Both the position numbers and the translations under genes were made by a program. Shown here one piece after another: positions 9,219 to 20,008 of a stretch of DNA of 64,000 nt. Positions within the stretch are counted from its first letter, which is position 1. Each line of letters begins with the position of its first letter. The notes under the pieces are model-generated. The model had not been told where the DNA came from. It did no database searches and worked only from the letters and a program-made list of their open reading frames with translations. The stretch covers positions 3,362-67,361 of the forward strand of contig CAZNIO010000005.1 of assembly GCA_964573135.1 (NCBI GenBank), in the 5' to 3' direction. The DNA is from an uncultured Gammaproteobacteria bacterium (GTDB taxonomy: Bacteria; Patescibacteriota; Patescibacteriia; UBA2196; GWA2-42-15).

Positions 9219-10855
9219 AAAACTTGAAAAACTTGAATTTCTACATTGTTATAAACCAAATTTAAATAATCTTTCTCCATTGGATTAAAATTACCAAAAT
9301 CTTTCTCTCCTAAACCATAAAATACGTAATCAATACCCTCTTTTCTTAAAAACTTCAACTTCATATTATCAGCACTATCACTTTTATAAAACCACTCCAT
9401 CTGATCAAGCTTGCTTTCATAAAATAATGTTTCAACCGCGTGACCAATAAAAACTTTTCTGCCAGATTGACCTGGGATAAAATTGCCATTATACAAATCA
9501 GAAATTATAACGTCATCTTGATCCATATTTTCAGAAAGCCACTCATAGGCCTCCACTTTTTCTTGGGATATATAATAATAAGGGTAAATATCTTTAAATA
9601 ACATTGTCTCCCGTGTCCAATTATACATATGAGACGGCGTAAACAAAAAAATAAACAAAAATAAAAGTAAATATTTATTTGAGGCCAACCAATACAATTT
9701 GCCACTCTGAAAAAAACGCCCATACAAATACCACACACCAGCCACTGCCAGCAAAGCTATCGGCATACTCAAGCCCTGTATCATTCTCCTCTGAAAATTA
9801 AAAGGAGAAAAAATTAATATACTTTGTACTATAAACCAAGTAATTAAAAAAACCTGCCTTTCTCCTGCTTCTTTCCTCTTCACTATATAATAAACTGCTA
9901 TAAATGCCAAGAATAAAACAAATCCATAACTGCCAATAGTCACCCACAGGGATGGAGTCAAACAAATGTTTTGCAATACTCTAATTTGTGTAACAAAATC
10001 ATATTTAATTAATATCACATAATATATCAACGATGGCAATGACAGGATAAATATAACAAAAAAATGCTTCAAATATCTATACAAAATTCTTCTTTTTAAA
10101 ATAGACTGAACCCCAATATATACTCCAAGTACACCAAAAATAGTTGGTACATGGAATGGATGAAATTGGAAAAGCACAAGAGACATTACCCCAGCCCATA
10201 TACTATACCTCCAGCTATTTTTTAAAAAAGCAAAATAAGAAAAAAGAAAAATTAAAACAATAAGTGTACTAGCCAAAATCAAATGAGGCGACTGGAACAT
10301 GGTCAATAGATTATTCGCTTCTGGCGCCCATAAATCAAGTGGCCAGTTATACCAACCCTTTACATAAACACTATTTGTAAGAAACAAAGAAATAGGCACT
10401 CCAAAGCCTGACGCAAAACACATAAAAATTAGGGATATTTTACGCCATTCTTCTTTTTTCCAAAATAAACTACTCAATAAATACAATACGAAAACAAACA
10501 AAGGAATAAATATAATACGTGTCAATTGAAAAACCATTAAATTGGAAAGTCCGGTATATTTACCAACTAGCCCTTGAGCCAGCCAAAAACTATTAACCAT
10601 TGACCGGGACTGACTCTCCCCCGTATATAAATCCTCAAAAACAAAATTTCCCTGCCGCGCCTGTTCCATGTACGAAAAATATACATGTATATCCCCAGGA
10701 GTTAAAGAATGCAAACCAGTATAGACATAGCCGTCTGGCGCTTGTTGCCATCCATATATATATGGCAAGGTTGTAATAATAATTATTAATAAAGAAATTG
10801 CGAACAAAAACCGCCATTCTTTTTTTGTAATTGCTTTTATTAATCCAATAATCAT
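9215..10855 (-). CDS. Polytopic membrane protein, putative GT-C glycosyltransferase
   Basis: More than 10 TMs; GDIHVYFSYMEQ first loop; C-terminal soluble domain (AYEWL...FIPGQSGRKVFIGH). Confidence 0.6.
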   Translation of the reverse strand: MIIGLIKAITKKEWRFLFAISLLIIIITTLPYIYGWQQAPDGYVYTGLHSLTPGDIHVYFSYMEQARQGNFVFEDLYTGESQSRSMVNSFWLAQGLVGKYTGLSNLMVFQLTRIIFIPLFVFVLYLLSSLFWKKEEWRKISLIFMCFASGFGVPISLFLTNSVYVKGWYNWPLDLWAPEANNLLTMFQSPHLILASTLIVLIFLFSYFAFLKNSWRYSIWAGVMSLVLFQFHPFHVPTIFGVLGVYIGVQSILKRRILYRYLKHFFVIFILSLPSLIYYVILIKYDFVTQIRVLQNICLTPSLWVTIGSYGFVLFLAFIAVYYIVKRKEAGERQVFLITWFIVQSILIFSPFNFQRRMIQGLSMPIALLAVAGVWYLYGRFFQSGKLYWLASNKYLLLFLFIFLFTPSHMYNWTRETMLFKDIYPYYYISQEKVEAYEWLSENMDQDDVIISDLYNGNFIPGQSGRKVFIGHAVETLFYESKLDQMEWFYKSDSADNMKLKFLRKEGIDYVFYGLGEKDFGNFNPMEKDYLNLVYNNVEIQVFQVL

Positions 10856-11475
10856 AGGCTCTCTTTCTTAACTTTAAACCAAATATTCATACCCATCTCA
10901 AAATACCCATACTGCATATTTTCAGTTAAAAACCCAGAGGAAGCGCCAAGTGTCACCAACTCATTAAAATTATAATAAGCTTTATGCTCATCTATCTCCT
11001 CCTTACTTACAAGCCCAACTCGAGCCATCACGCGCAATACTTTATCAGCCCTTAAAGCCGGGGTAGTTAAAAAACAAAAACCGCCGGGAGATAAAACTCT
11101 ATGAATTTCACTCACAAGCAATCTAGCGGACTCGGGCTCAAGATGCTCTATCACGGCCATCATTGTCACCATATCAAAATAGTTATCTTCAAAGGACAAC
11201 TTGCAATTTACTTCAAGGTCTTGAGATATTAATTCAACACCAGCCCGAGTAACTACTTCATCTTCCTTAATTCCTGATAATTTATCGATTCCCCATCTCT
11301 CATTAAAACCACTTTCCAATAACAATAAAGGATAATGACCCGAACCAATATCCAAAATACGCCCTGAAAAATTGCAAGAACTGTTCTTTTTTTTAAATAT
11401 CTTTATCCTTTTTTTAGCCAAAAAATTTTCAAGTAACCCTGCGCCACGAGTAACTTTTCTATCTATATTAGTCAT
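10852..11475 (-). CDS. Class I SAM-dependent methyltransferase
   Basis: ILDIGSG, FDMVTMMAVIEHL, RVLSPGG. Confidence 0.88.
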   Translation of the reverse strand: MTNIDRKVTRGAGLLENFLAKKRIKIFKKKNSSCNFSGRILDIGSGHYPLLLLESGFNERWGIDKLSGIKEDEVVTRAGVELISQDLEVNCKLSFEDNYFDMVTMMAVIEHLEPESARLLVSEIHRVLSPGGFCFLTTPALRADKVLRVMARVGLVSKEEIDEHKAYYNFNELVTLGASSGFLTENMQYGYFEMGMNIWFKVKKESL

Positions 11476-13195
11476 AAATTACTTGATAAATATAATTATT
11501 GCCAAAATTAATAGCATAATCCAAATAACCGCTATCCTCTATCTCTTGAATAATTCTATCCTTGTCCTCATCTTTTTTTTCAAAATAATCAAAATGAAAA
11601 ACCATATAATTTGTCTTGTATTCTCGTATTGTGGAAATATCTCTATCTAAATTAAAATATTTGAACCTGGTTGCTAATTCAAAATATCCAGGTGAACAAT
11701 ACCCACTATAACCATTAACTATTTTTCTAAAATGCAAACGCGAATTAAACACATAGTTAATGTCATAATTAATAAATAAATCATAGGGTGACGCCATCGG
11801 TAATTCCCAAAACACCATCGTATTAGGCTGATCCTTTATCCATGAATACGTCGCTCTTTCCTGGGGAGTCAATCCAATCAGTCCATACGCTGGTGTTGGT
11901 ATAAAGGTAAGCTCAGTAAATAAAAATATAAACACCCAAAACACCGATAATAACTTAATGAATATACTCTTACCCTGCTTTAGCCACCATGCCATACCAT
12001 AGCCAATAACAACCGCCATACTAAGAAGCAAAAACACACTATAGCGTCCCGCCGCTCGAATACCGTTAAATCCGGGCAATAAATAATAAAGAAGGATATA
12101 AGGGCCAGGTATACCTGACTTATCTACAAAGGTCAATTGAATATAGTAACCAAAGGATATCAAAAAAGCTACGAGCCCAACAGCTCCGTAAATAACAAAA
12201 TTTCGTTTATTATTACCCTCCCTAAAAAATTCACTCCTGTAAAGCGCCATCATTGCCAAAATAAACAACAAAATAATCACTAATCCGGGACTAACAATCA
12301 TCTCAATATGCCCTCTCTCTTGAGAATAAACTTCATACCAGGGAGAAGGTATAAAATAATCCACCAAATCTGGAGAATGCGCCTCAACTTCACCGATAAG
12401 TCTCGTATTAACTCCATATTCATTCTTCACCTGATAATATGGTCGGATCAAAGGCAAAACGATCATCACTAATAATAACATCGCCAATAATATCTTAATT
12501 ATATTCCCCCGATTAAAAGAAAAAGCCCTAACTGAGATAAAAATCACGCCAAAAAAAACAATCACAATGGGCAAAAAAATAAAATAATGCATACTATTTA
12601 AAAATACCAATATCACAAAAAACAACAAAATTAGTACATTCTTCCAGCTCTGTTTCTTGAAAAATTTATGTAAATATAAAAAAACAAAAGGTAACCACAT
12701 GCCAACCAGGTGCAAATGCTCTGCGCTTTGTGCCACCTTAAATGGATTAAAAGCGTAAACCAAAGCAGCCAATAAACTTGCCCACTTATTTTTAGTTAAA
12801 TAATATACAAGCGCATACATGCCCATACCAGAAATTGCAAAAGATAAAAAAATTATCAAATTATATGTTAAAGCAATATTTCCAGTCGCCTTAAGAATTG
12901 GCCAAGCCATAAATGTCGTTCCTAAAAAAGTTTCAGAAAAAGCAAGCGTATTACTAAAAGGAGCATAAATATTTGCCTCAAACAAATTCAAGGGGTTATT
13001 TGCTAAAATCTCCATATTCCACGACCACACCCAAGATATATAGTAAGCGTCACGTTGTGGCATCTTATAATCAATCTCAGACCAAGGAATATCAAGACTC
13101 ATACTTGCAAGTTGCATAAAAACAACACAAATAAAAATATACTGCAATACATTCCCACGTTTTAATAATTTCCAAAATTTAACAATAAAATCCAT
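11468..13195 (-). CDS. Polytopic membrane protein, putative GT-C (YfhO-like), paralog A
   Basis: LFEANIYAPF..TLAFSE, SPDLVDYF, VNGYSGY; many TMs. Confidence 0.65.
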   Translation of the reverse strand: MDFIVKFWKLLKRGNVLQYIFICVVFMQLASMSLDIPWSEIDYKMPQRDAYYISWVWSWNMEILANNPLNLFEANIYAPFSNTLAFSETFLGTTFMAWPILKATGNIALTYNLIIFLSFAISGMGMYALVYYLTKNKWASLLAALVYAFNPFKVAQSAEHLHLVGMWLPFVFLYLHKFFKKQSWKNVLILLFFVILVFLNSMHYFIFLPIVIVFFGVIFISVRAFSFNRGNIIKILLAMLLLVMIVLPLIRPYYQVKNEYGVNTRLIGEVEAHSPDLVDYFIPSPWYEVYSQERGHIEMIVSPGLVIILLFILAMMALYRSEFFREGNNKRNFVIYGAVGLVAFLISFGYYIQLTFVDKSGIPGPYILLYYLLPGFNGIRAAGRYSVFLLLSMAVVIGYGMAWWLKQGKSIFIKLLSVFWVFIFLFTELTFIPTPAYGLIGLTPQERATYSWIKDQPNTMVFWELPMASPYDLFINYDINYVFNSRLHFRKIVNGYSGYCSPGYFELATRFKYFNLDRDISTIREYKTNYMVFHFDYFEKKDEDKDRIIQEIEDSGYLDYAINFGNNYIYQVIYD

Positions 13196-13208
13196 TAAAA
13201 AAACTTAA

Positions 13209-13919
13209 TTAATCAAAAAATCTATATCTAATGATGCACCACAAAGCTCTTAGCCCTGTGGGCAAAGCTACTAATTTTTTACCGTCTTCATATGTTCTCC
13301 CGGCATAAGAAATGCCAACTTCATAAAACCTATACTTCGTGCGTGCAGCCTTCATAGTAAACTCATTTTCAAAACCAAATCCATTTTCCTTAATATCCAT
13401 ATTCTTCACTACTTGCGTAGTAAAAGCCTTATAACAAGTCTCAACATCAGTAAGGTTTAAATTAGAAAAAATATTAGAAACAAGCGTTATAAACTTGTTG
13501 CCAACATAATGCCAAAAATAAAGAACTCGATGAGGTTTATATCCAATCAAGCGTGAGCCATAAACTATGTCTGCCCGATTATCAAGTATGGGCCTAACTA
13601 ATTCTTTAATCTCATCAGGATCATACTCCAAATCTGCATCTTGTATAACAACAATGTCGCCACTTACTTTAGCAAGCGCAGTTCTAATCCCAGCTCCTTT
13701 GCCCATATTTTTTTCATGGTGCAATAGTATATACCCCATCTCTTGCGCTTCATCTAAAATCTCGCTCGTTCCGTCTGTCGAGCCATCATTAACGACAATA
13801 ATTTCTTTTTCTAATCCACAAATATCCGCTTTATATAATCGCTCAAGCAATTTTTTAATAAAAACATTTTCATTGTATACCGGGACTATAATAGAAATTT
13901 TCTCTATCTTGCCTGTCAT
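13209..13919 (-). CDS. GT2 glycosyltransferase (DPM/DPG-synthase-like)
   Basis: VPVYNE, NDGSTDGT, GKGAG, QDADLEYDP, DVETCYK, YAGRTYEDGKK. Confidence 0.9.
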   Translation of the reverse strand: MTGKIEKISIIVPVYNENVFIKKLLERLYKADICGLEKEIIVVNDGSTDGTSEILDEAQEMGYILLHHEKNMGKGAGIRTALAKVSGDIVVIQDADLEYDPDEIKELVRPILDNRADIVYGSRLIGYKPHRVLYFWHYVGNKFITLVSNIFSNLNLTDVETCYKAFTTQVVKNMDIKENGFGFENEFTMKAARTKYRFYEVGISYAGRTYEDGKKLVALPTGLRALWCIIRYRFFD

Positions 13920-13925
13920 AATATT

Positions 13926-15617
13926 TTAATTAATTTTATACACATAATCATTGTCTTCGATTTTTACTAGCTCAACATACTCATTTTTTTCAATCTCATT
14001 AATCAAATACTCCTTATAACTCTCGGCATAACAATCAAAATGAAATATGATATGCGTCACACCATAATTTAGAACAAAATCAACATCCTCACTGTTAAAT
14101 TTAAATAATTCTTTGTTAAGCTCTGTATAATCATCCGGTGCATACCCACTATACCCATTAACCGTTTTATGAAAAACTCCAATTGAACAATATTCATGCA
14201 AGGCATTATAATTCCTCCGCAGATGATCAATGCCCATCGGCATCTCTAAATAAACGTTATCATCATTTTGATCATTCACCCATTCATAAATAGCCGAACA
14301 GGGCTGACCGATGCTAGCATAATGCCTTGGATGAGCAAAACTAAACTCAAAAGCCAGTAGAGAAATTATAAACAAAGTTATTAATAACTTCTTCCAGTGT
14401 TTCTTAACTATTGAATCGAAAAATTCAGACAAACCATATGATATTATAATACACGATGCAATCAAAAAGAAAATACTAAAACGACCCAAAACCCTAATTC
14501 CATCGGCTCCTGGTACAAAATGATAAAAAAACGCCCACGGACCCATTAAGCCAAAGGTATCTGCCCGAGTCAGTTGTATATAATAACCAAAAGAGAACAA
14601 AACTGCCAAAATACCAATTATATAATAAATTATAGTACGGAAAACTAATTCTTGTCTTTTTTTAAAAATAAACCAACTTGAGAAAAAAAATAAAATTAAT
14701 ACAAACCAACCGGGTCCAATCGCCCATTCAGGAAAAAATACAGGATAAAAATATTTATACACAAAAGGACTTATAAAATAATCAACTAAATCAGGCGACA
14801 GGCCTTCAATTGAACCAATAGCTCTATTAAAATCAAATTCTTGCCCCATGGATATGTAACTCCATGCTATTGGTGCAACCAAAAATAAAAAAATTAAAAA
14901 ACAAAGACCCATTTTAAGCAGATTATTTCTCGATAATTTAAACTTGTTAAGTAAGTAATCACTAAAAAATATTAAAAAAATACACACACACAAAAAAATA
15001 AAATACTGCAGACCATTTAAAAAAGAAAGTGCCACAAAAAAAGTTAGTAATAATATATTTCTCCATGTATTTTCGTTCAAAAATTTTCTCAACCATAAAA
15101 ATACATATGGTAGCCACATCCCACCTAAATTAATATGTTCTAAATGATGGATCTTAAATGGAGCAAAGGCATAAATAAAAGCACCAATCACAGCAACATA
15201 TTTATTTTTCGTTAAATATTCAAGTAATAAATACATACCCAGTCCGCCAATTGCAAAAGACAATAAACTTACCAAATTGAAAGACATCATAATATTATTA
15301 AAAATCAAGAATAATGGCCAAGCCAAAACTAACGACCCGAGCATATGTTCAGTAAAGAGCAGGGTATACTTAAAAGGATAAAAAATATTAGCATGAAATA
15401 AATTCAATGGGTCATTCGGCAGCATTTCCATTTCCCACGACCAAATATAACTCACGAGCATGGGATCCCCATCAGTCGGCAAAACGCTACCAATATTCCC
15501 AAACGGTATTCTTGTAAAAAAAATTGCCAGAATAAAAAACAGAACAAAAACAATAAACGCCCAAGCTCTATTTTGTGAAAAAAACATATTAATCTTTTTT
15601 CCTCGGAAATTTATCAT
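13926..15617 (-). CDS. Polytopic membrane protein, putative GT-C (YfhO-like), paralog B
   Basis: LFHANIFYPF..TLLFTE, SPDLVDYF, SFGYYIQLT, VNGYSGY shared with 11468-13195. Confidence 0.65.
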   Translation of the reverse strand: MINFRGKKINMFFSQNRAWAFIVFVLFFILAIFFTRIPFGNIGSVLPTDGDPMLVSYIWSWEMEMLPNDPLNLFHANIFYPFKYTLLFTEHMLGSLVLAWPLFLIFNNIMMSFNLVSLLSFAIGGLGMYLLLEYLTKNKYVAVIGAFIYAFAPFKIHHLEHINLGGMWLPYVFLWLRKFLNENTWRNILLLTFFVALSFLNGLQYFIFLCVCIFLIFFSDYLLNKFKLSRNNLLKMGLCFLIFLFLVAPIAWSYISMGQEFDFNRAIGSIEGLSPDLVDYFISPFVYKYFYPVFFPEWAIGPGWFVLILFFFSSWFIFKKRQELVFRTIIYYIIGILAVLFSFGYYIQLTRADTFGLMGPWAFFYHFVPGADGIRVLGRFSIFFLIASCIIISYGLSEFFDSIVKKHWKKLLITLFIISLLAFEFSFAHPRHYASIGQPCSAIYEWVNDQNDDNVYLEMPMGIDHLRRNYNALHEYCSIGVFHKTVNGYSGYAPDDYTELNKELFKFNSEDVDFVLNYGVTHIIFHFDCYAESYKEYLINEIEKNEYVELVKIEDNDYVYKIN

Positions 15618-16927
15618 ACTCTAAAAAATATAGAAAAAAAACCTTCAAGCTTACCGAAAAGAGGAATAAACAATTCCTCACCAAAAAAACTATACGTACC
15701 TCCATACCAAAATGCGCCAAAGCCAATATAGGCAAACAAAAATGAACAAAACAAAATCACAAAAAAATAAAACAAAAATCTTTTATTTAAAAAATTATCC
15801 ATCAAGGTTGATATAAAAAAGAAAATACATGCATAGCAAATAATAAACCACCTAAAGCCATATTCCAAGCCACCGTAATTATTAGTAAACACTGTTAAAC
15901 TAAACAATATTAAGCCCGCAGTAAGGGCTATCCATAATGCTAAGTTATACAAAATATGTTTCCTATCAAATATCACTTTAGTTATACCCCATGCACCAAA
16001 AATTAAAATAGGTGAATACAAAAAAATACCATGCGAACCAATCAATATATTAAATAAATACAATAATTTATTATGCCTCAAAGCATCAATGCCTCTCGGT
16101 TCCAGCCAATAACTACCAGCATATTCATATAACCCACTATTTAAATAAGCCGGAAATATATTTCCTGTAACTTGTAAATTAAACAGTAGATATAATAATA
16201 TAACAGGCAGGGCTCCCCAAATATAATAAAGAGAATATTTTCTTGTCTCTTTGTTCATTAATAAGTATACAAAACAAGTCACAAAAAATATTGATCCCTG
16301 CACCACCTCCGTAGATACAGCCAAAGACATCGATAACCCACACAGCGCAACCAGCTTGTTAATTTTTATTACACCACCAAAATTAATTTTTAACAAACAA
16401 TAAAACGCCCAAAAAACAAATAATGCGGACAATATATGATTGCCAAAACTCGCAGAATAAGTAAATAAAAGCGTCCCAAACCCAAGCGACAAGGTAAATA
16501 GCATTTTATACTCTTCCTTGACCTTCACTAACCCTAAAGCTCTATAAAAAAACACCAACAAAAAAGAAAAGGGCAAAGCTACTGTTAAAACACACAAAAT
16601 ATAATAGACTAAAAATGAAAATTTTAAATCAAAAACATTATATAATATATAATATATGCCAGCCCCCAATATTGACGGAAGTGGCGCCTTAGTAGAATAA
16701 AAATGCCCATCACGATAAATCTTGTCAATTGTGTCCATGTCTGGCACTGACTCAATAGCCAAGGTTCCATGCTCCACTAAAGCACGCACAGTTAATATAC
16801 GAGAAGTAGTTAAGTCCCCCGCATAATGTGCAGTAAGCATAGATACAATAAAAAAACCAATAAAGAATATTAAAAACTGCTTTGATTTCAAAATATCATT
16901 TAATACTGTTAATATCTTCTTTCTCAT
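15614..16927 (-). CDS. Polytopic membrane protein, putative GT-C
   Basis: SRILTVRALVEHGTLAI...DGHFYSTKAP, HGIFLYSP, YGFRW motifs; ~10 TMs. Confidence 0.6.
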   Translation of the reverse strand: MRKKILTVLNDILKSKQFLIFFIGFFIVSMLTAHYAGDLTTSRILTVRALVEHGTLAIESVPDMDTIDKIYRDGHFYSTKAPLPSILGAGIYYILYNVFDLKFSFLVYYILCVLTVALPFSFLLVFFYRALGLVKVKEEYKMLFTLSLGFGTLLFTYSASFGNHILSALFVFWAFYCLLKINFGGVIKINKLVALCGLSMSLAVSTEVVQGSIFFVTCFVYLLMNKETRKYSLYYIWGALPVILLYLLFNLQVTGNIFPAYLNSGLYEYAGSYWLEPRGIDALRHNKLLYLFNILIGSHGIFLYSPILIFGAWGITKVIFDRKHILYNLALWIALTAGLILFSLTVFTNNYGGLEYGFRWFIICYACIFFFISTLMDNFLNKRFLFYFFVILFCSFLFAYIGFGAFWYGGTYSFFGEELFIPLFGKLEGFFSIFFRV

Positions 16928-17192
16928 TTATTTTAACTAAATATAAATTTCTAAAATAAATAACGGTGGACAATATTCCGCTAACAATAAAAACAGGATC
17001 CTTAATATGAAAAGAATAAATCAAAAGCATAATCGCTCCAATAATACTTAAATACCAATAAGTTACTGGAATGACACTTTTTTTAGCTTTCTCAGAAGAT
17101 ATCCACTGAACAAGAACGCGCATAAAAAAAATAAATTGTGCTAAAAAACCAAAAAATATCCAAAAATTAAAATATTGCCAAAAATTAAACAT
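16896..17192 (-). CDS. Lipid-A-disaccharide synthase N-terminal (LAB_N) domain small membrane protein
   Basis: GFLAQFIFFMRVLVQWISSEKAKKSVIPVTYWYLSIIG...DPVFI. Start moved to ATG 17192 to avoid overlap. Confidence 0.85.
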   Translation of the reverse strand: MFNFWQYFNFWIFFGFLAQFIFFMRVLVQWISSEKAKKSVIPVTYWYLSIIGAIMLLIYSFHIKDPVFIVSGILSTVIYFRNLYLVKINEKEDINSIK

Positions 17193-17193
17193 A

Positions 17194-19050
17194 TTATTTT
17201 TTAGCAACTACTAAATAGCAGTGGCTTAAATCTGAATTAATAAAAATCCTTTGTAAAAAATAAAATGGTAACAACACAAAATCATTAAACAGAAAAAAGA
17301 ATTTCCCAGCAATGCCCCTATCAATACCACTCTTGTTGGTATTGTGCTGTTTATCAGATGATGCTGACTCCCATTTCGCTATTCTTTTGCGTATAAACCT
17401 TAAAATATTAACTAACGGAAATCCATAACTGTATATTCTCTCAATTAAAAAACCAGCCGACTCCATCATCTGTTCTATCTCTCTCCTTTCATAACGCCTA
17501 AAATGCCCGGCCCCTTCATCAAGAATACTCCATTCTTTTTTATGAGCCGGCACAGAAAAAATAAAATAACCACCATTATTGATCAAAGAATGTATCTTCG
17601 CTATGGTTGACCTGTCATCTTTAATATGCTCTAGAACTTCAAAAGCAAAAATCATATCATATTTTGCATCTCCTGTTTTTTGCATAATATCTTGGTGCTG
17701 TATCAAAATTTGTTTTGAAAAATCTGCAGTCCTTAATCGAGCAATTGTTACAGCGTCCTCAGATACATCTATGCCTTGGCCAGAAAAACCCATCTTAACT
17801 AGGTCAAGACAAAAACTACCACCCCCAACACCAATTTCTAAAAAAGATTTTGTCAAAGGCATTTCGCTTATAACATCATCAAAAATAATTTTTTTTCTAA
17901 ATCGATAACTAGAGCTATCATGCCATGTTTTTCTTTTCACCAACTCATCAATAATATTTTTAAAATCTTCAGACGTTTTTTCAATAAGAAAATTATTTTT
18001 AAATAATTCTAACGCTCCACAACTAATTCTATCTCTCAACTTTTTATCTACCTTAAGCTTTAAAATAATATCAGCCAAAGCCTGACTGTCACCTACGGGG
18101 CACATCATTGCATTCTCTTTATCTACAAAACCGGCTGAACGCGAAGCCGAAGAATCAGCAACTATAACCGGCTTAGCCATCGCTATCATCTGAAATGTTT
18201 TATTGCTCACAACACGACAAGCTTTATCACTCTTACCAAAATGACCACCGAGACAAATATCTGCTTTAGCAATTTTTTGAGGTAATTTATAAAATTCAAC
18301 CCAGTCTAAAAAAGTAATTTTATGCTCAATATTAAGTTCTTTAGCTAATCCAATTATTTTACTGTGAACTTGACCAGTGCCAACAATTGTAAAATGGACA
18401 TCTTTATTTCTTAATATATTCACAGCCCTGATAATATACTTAATCCCATGAATAGGGGTAAATTTACCATAAAATAATACTTCAAATTTTTTATTATTAT
18501 TTACAGAATTAATTGGAGTAAAAATTTTATCATCTGCCCCAATATAAACAAAGCTTAACTTGCTTTCAGGCACCTTAAACTGTTTACAAAAATACTTAGC
18601 ATGTTCAGGAGTATCTAAAACAATCTTGTTGGCCAACAAGCAGCTGATCTTATCTAATGAATAAACAGCTTTTTTAATCAAATAATTATCACTTATCTTG
18701 CGATCATTAATCATCGTATCATAAAGTGATATCATTGGATTGAATATTATTTTTTTGGTTGGAAACAAAATCCTCGCCAATATCATATCTAATTGACCAG
18801 GGTAACCAACCACGACACAATCGACCTTGGACAGACTCAATCGTCTCCAAATTAGTTTAAAATAACAGAATATTAAATTAAAAAATATTTTTAATTTATT
18901 ACCGAAAGTAATGGAAAATTTATTTTCTATTCCGTCGAATAATGATTCGTGCAACTCGACAACCTGAACTCCTTTCAATCTCAGTCCCAAAATAACATTT
19001 TGGTTACGTGGATATTTGGCTTCATAGGTTCCAAAATAACAAAGTTTCAT
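17194..19050 (-). CDS. GT4 glycosyltransferase fused to a class I SAM methyltransferase
   Basis: N-part YGKFTPIHG...SNKTFQMIAMAKPVI (GT-B); C-part FLEIGVGGG, FEVLEHIKDD, GHFRRY. Confidence 0.85.
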   Translation of the reverse strand: MKLCYFGTYEAKYPRNQNVILGLRLKGVQVVELHESLFDGIENKFSITFGNKLKIFFNLIFCYFKLIWRRLSLSKVDCVVVGYPGQLDMILARILFPTKKIIFNPMISLYDTMINDRKISDNYLIKKAVYSLDKISCLLANKIVLDTPEHAKYFCKQFKVPESKLSFVYIGADDKIFTPINSVNNNKKFEVLFYGKFTPIHGIKYIIRAVNILRNKDVHFTIVGTGQVHSKIIGLAKELNIEHKITFLDWVEFYKLPQKIAKADICLGGHFGKSDKACRVVSNKTFQMIAMAKPVIVADSSASRSAGFVDKENAMMCPVGDSQALADIILKLKVDKKLRDRISCGALELFKNNFLIEKTSEDFKNIIDELVKRKTWHDSSSYRFRKKIIFDDVISEMPLTKSFLEIGVGGGSFCLDLVKMGFSGQGIDVSEDAVTIARLRTADFSKQILIQHQDIMQKTGDAKYDMIFAFEVLEHIKDDRSTIAKIHSLINNGGYFIFSVPAHKKEWSILDEGAGHFRRYERREIEQMMESAGFLIERIYSYGFPLVNILRFIRKRIAKWESASSDKQHNTNKSGIDRGIAGKFFFLFNDFVLLPFYFLQRIFINSDLSHCYLVVAKK

Positions 19051-19063
19051 ATAAATAAAAATT

Positions 19064-20008
19064 TTAAATTATTTTCTTAATTGAATAATCTTTATCTCTT
19101 CTAGACATATTGGCAATCATTTCTCCAATTAAGCCGAACAGTACTAATTGAACTCCAATAATAATCAGCAAAACAGCAAAAATAAGTAATGGCCTACCTC
19201 CAATAGGCTGGCCTAATATAATTTTAATGTAAGTCAAGTATAGCCCAACCATGAACCCCGCCAAAAAGAATAAACTGCCCACTCCTCCAAAAAAATGAAG
19301 GGGTCTTTTTAAATAAAAAAATAAAAACCCAACCGTAATTAAATCAAAGAAACCACCAAATATCCTTGAAAAGCCATATTTACTCTTACCGAATTTTCTC
19401 TTCCTGTGGTTTACTTTAACCTCATCTACATTAAATCCCTTAAAATCAGCAAACACGGGAATATACCGGTAAAGACCAGCATATAAATCCAAATACGGAA
19501 TTATCTCGCGCCTCATGCATCTGTAGCCATTATCAAAATCGTGTAAACAAAGCCCCGTCATTCGCCTCAAAATAATATTAAAAAATCTAGACGCCATCAC
19601 TCGAGTCAATCGATCAGCCCTCTTATGCTTCCAGCCAATTACAATGTCATTGCCCTCTTCAAGCTTTGATATAAATTTTCTGATATCCCCCGGATCATCC
19701 TGTAAATCACCATCCATTGTAATAACCAACTCTCCTCGACATTCATTAAATCCCGCCTTATAAGCCGCCGCCTTACCAAAGTTGCGCCTCAACTCTATAA
19801 TTTTTAATCGACTTTCTTCTCGGTTCTTCATTTTTTCCAATATCTTTTGTGACCCGTCAGTTGATCCATCATCTACAAAAATAACCTCATATTTATCCGC
19901 CAATGCGCTTAAATTCTTTTTTAACTCATCATATAAAATTTCTAAATTTTCCTGTTCATTATAAACAGGAATCACCACCGATATTATATATTTATTACTT
20001 TCTATCAT
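19064..20008 (-). CDS. ArnC/GtrB-like undecaprenyl-phosphate glycosyltransferase (GT2)
   Basis: IPVYNE, DDGSTDGS, RNFGK, MDGDLQDDP, two C-terminal TMs. Confidence 0.9.
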   Translation of the reverse strand: MIESNKYIISVVIPVYNEQENLEILYDELKKNLSALADKYEVIFVDDGSTDGSQKILEKMKNREESRLKIIELRRNFGKAAAYKAGFNECRGELVITMDGDLQDDPGDIRKFISKLEEGNDIVIGWKHKRADRLTRVMASRFFNIILRRMTGLCLHDFDNGYRCMRREIIPYLDLYAGLYRYIPVFADFKGFNVDEVKVNHRKRKFGKSKYGFSRIFGGFFDLITVGFLFFYLKRPLHFFGGVGSLFFLAGFMVGLYLTYIKIILGQPIGGRPLLIFAVLLIIIGVQLVLFGLIGEMIANMSRRDKDYSIKKII

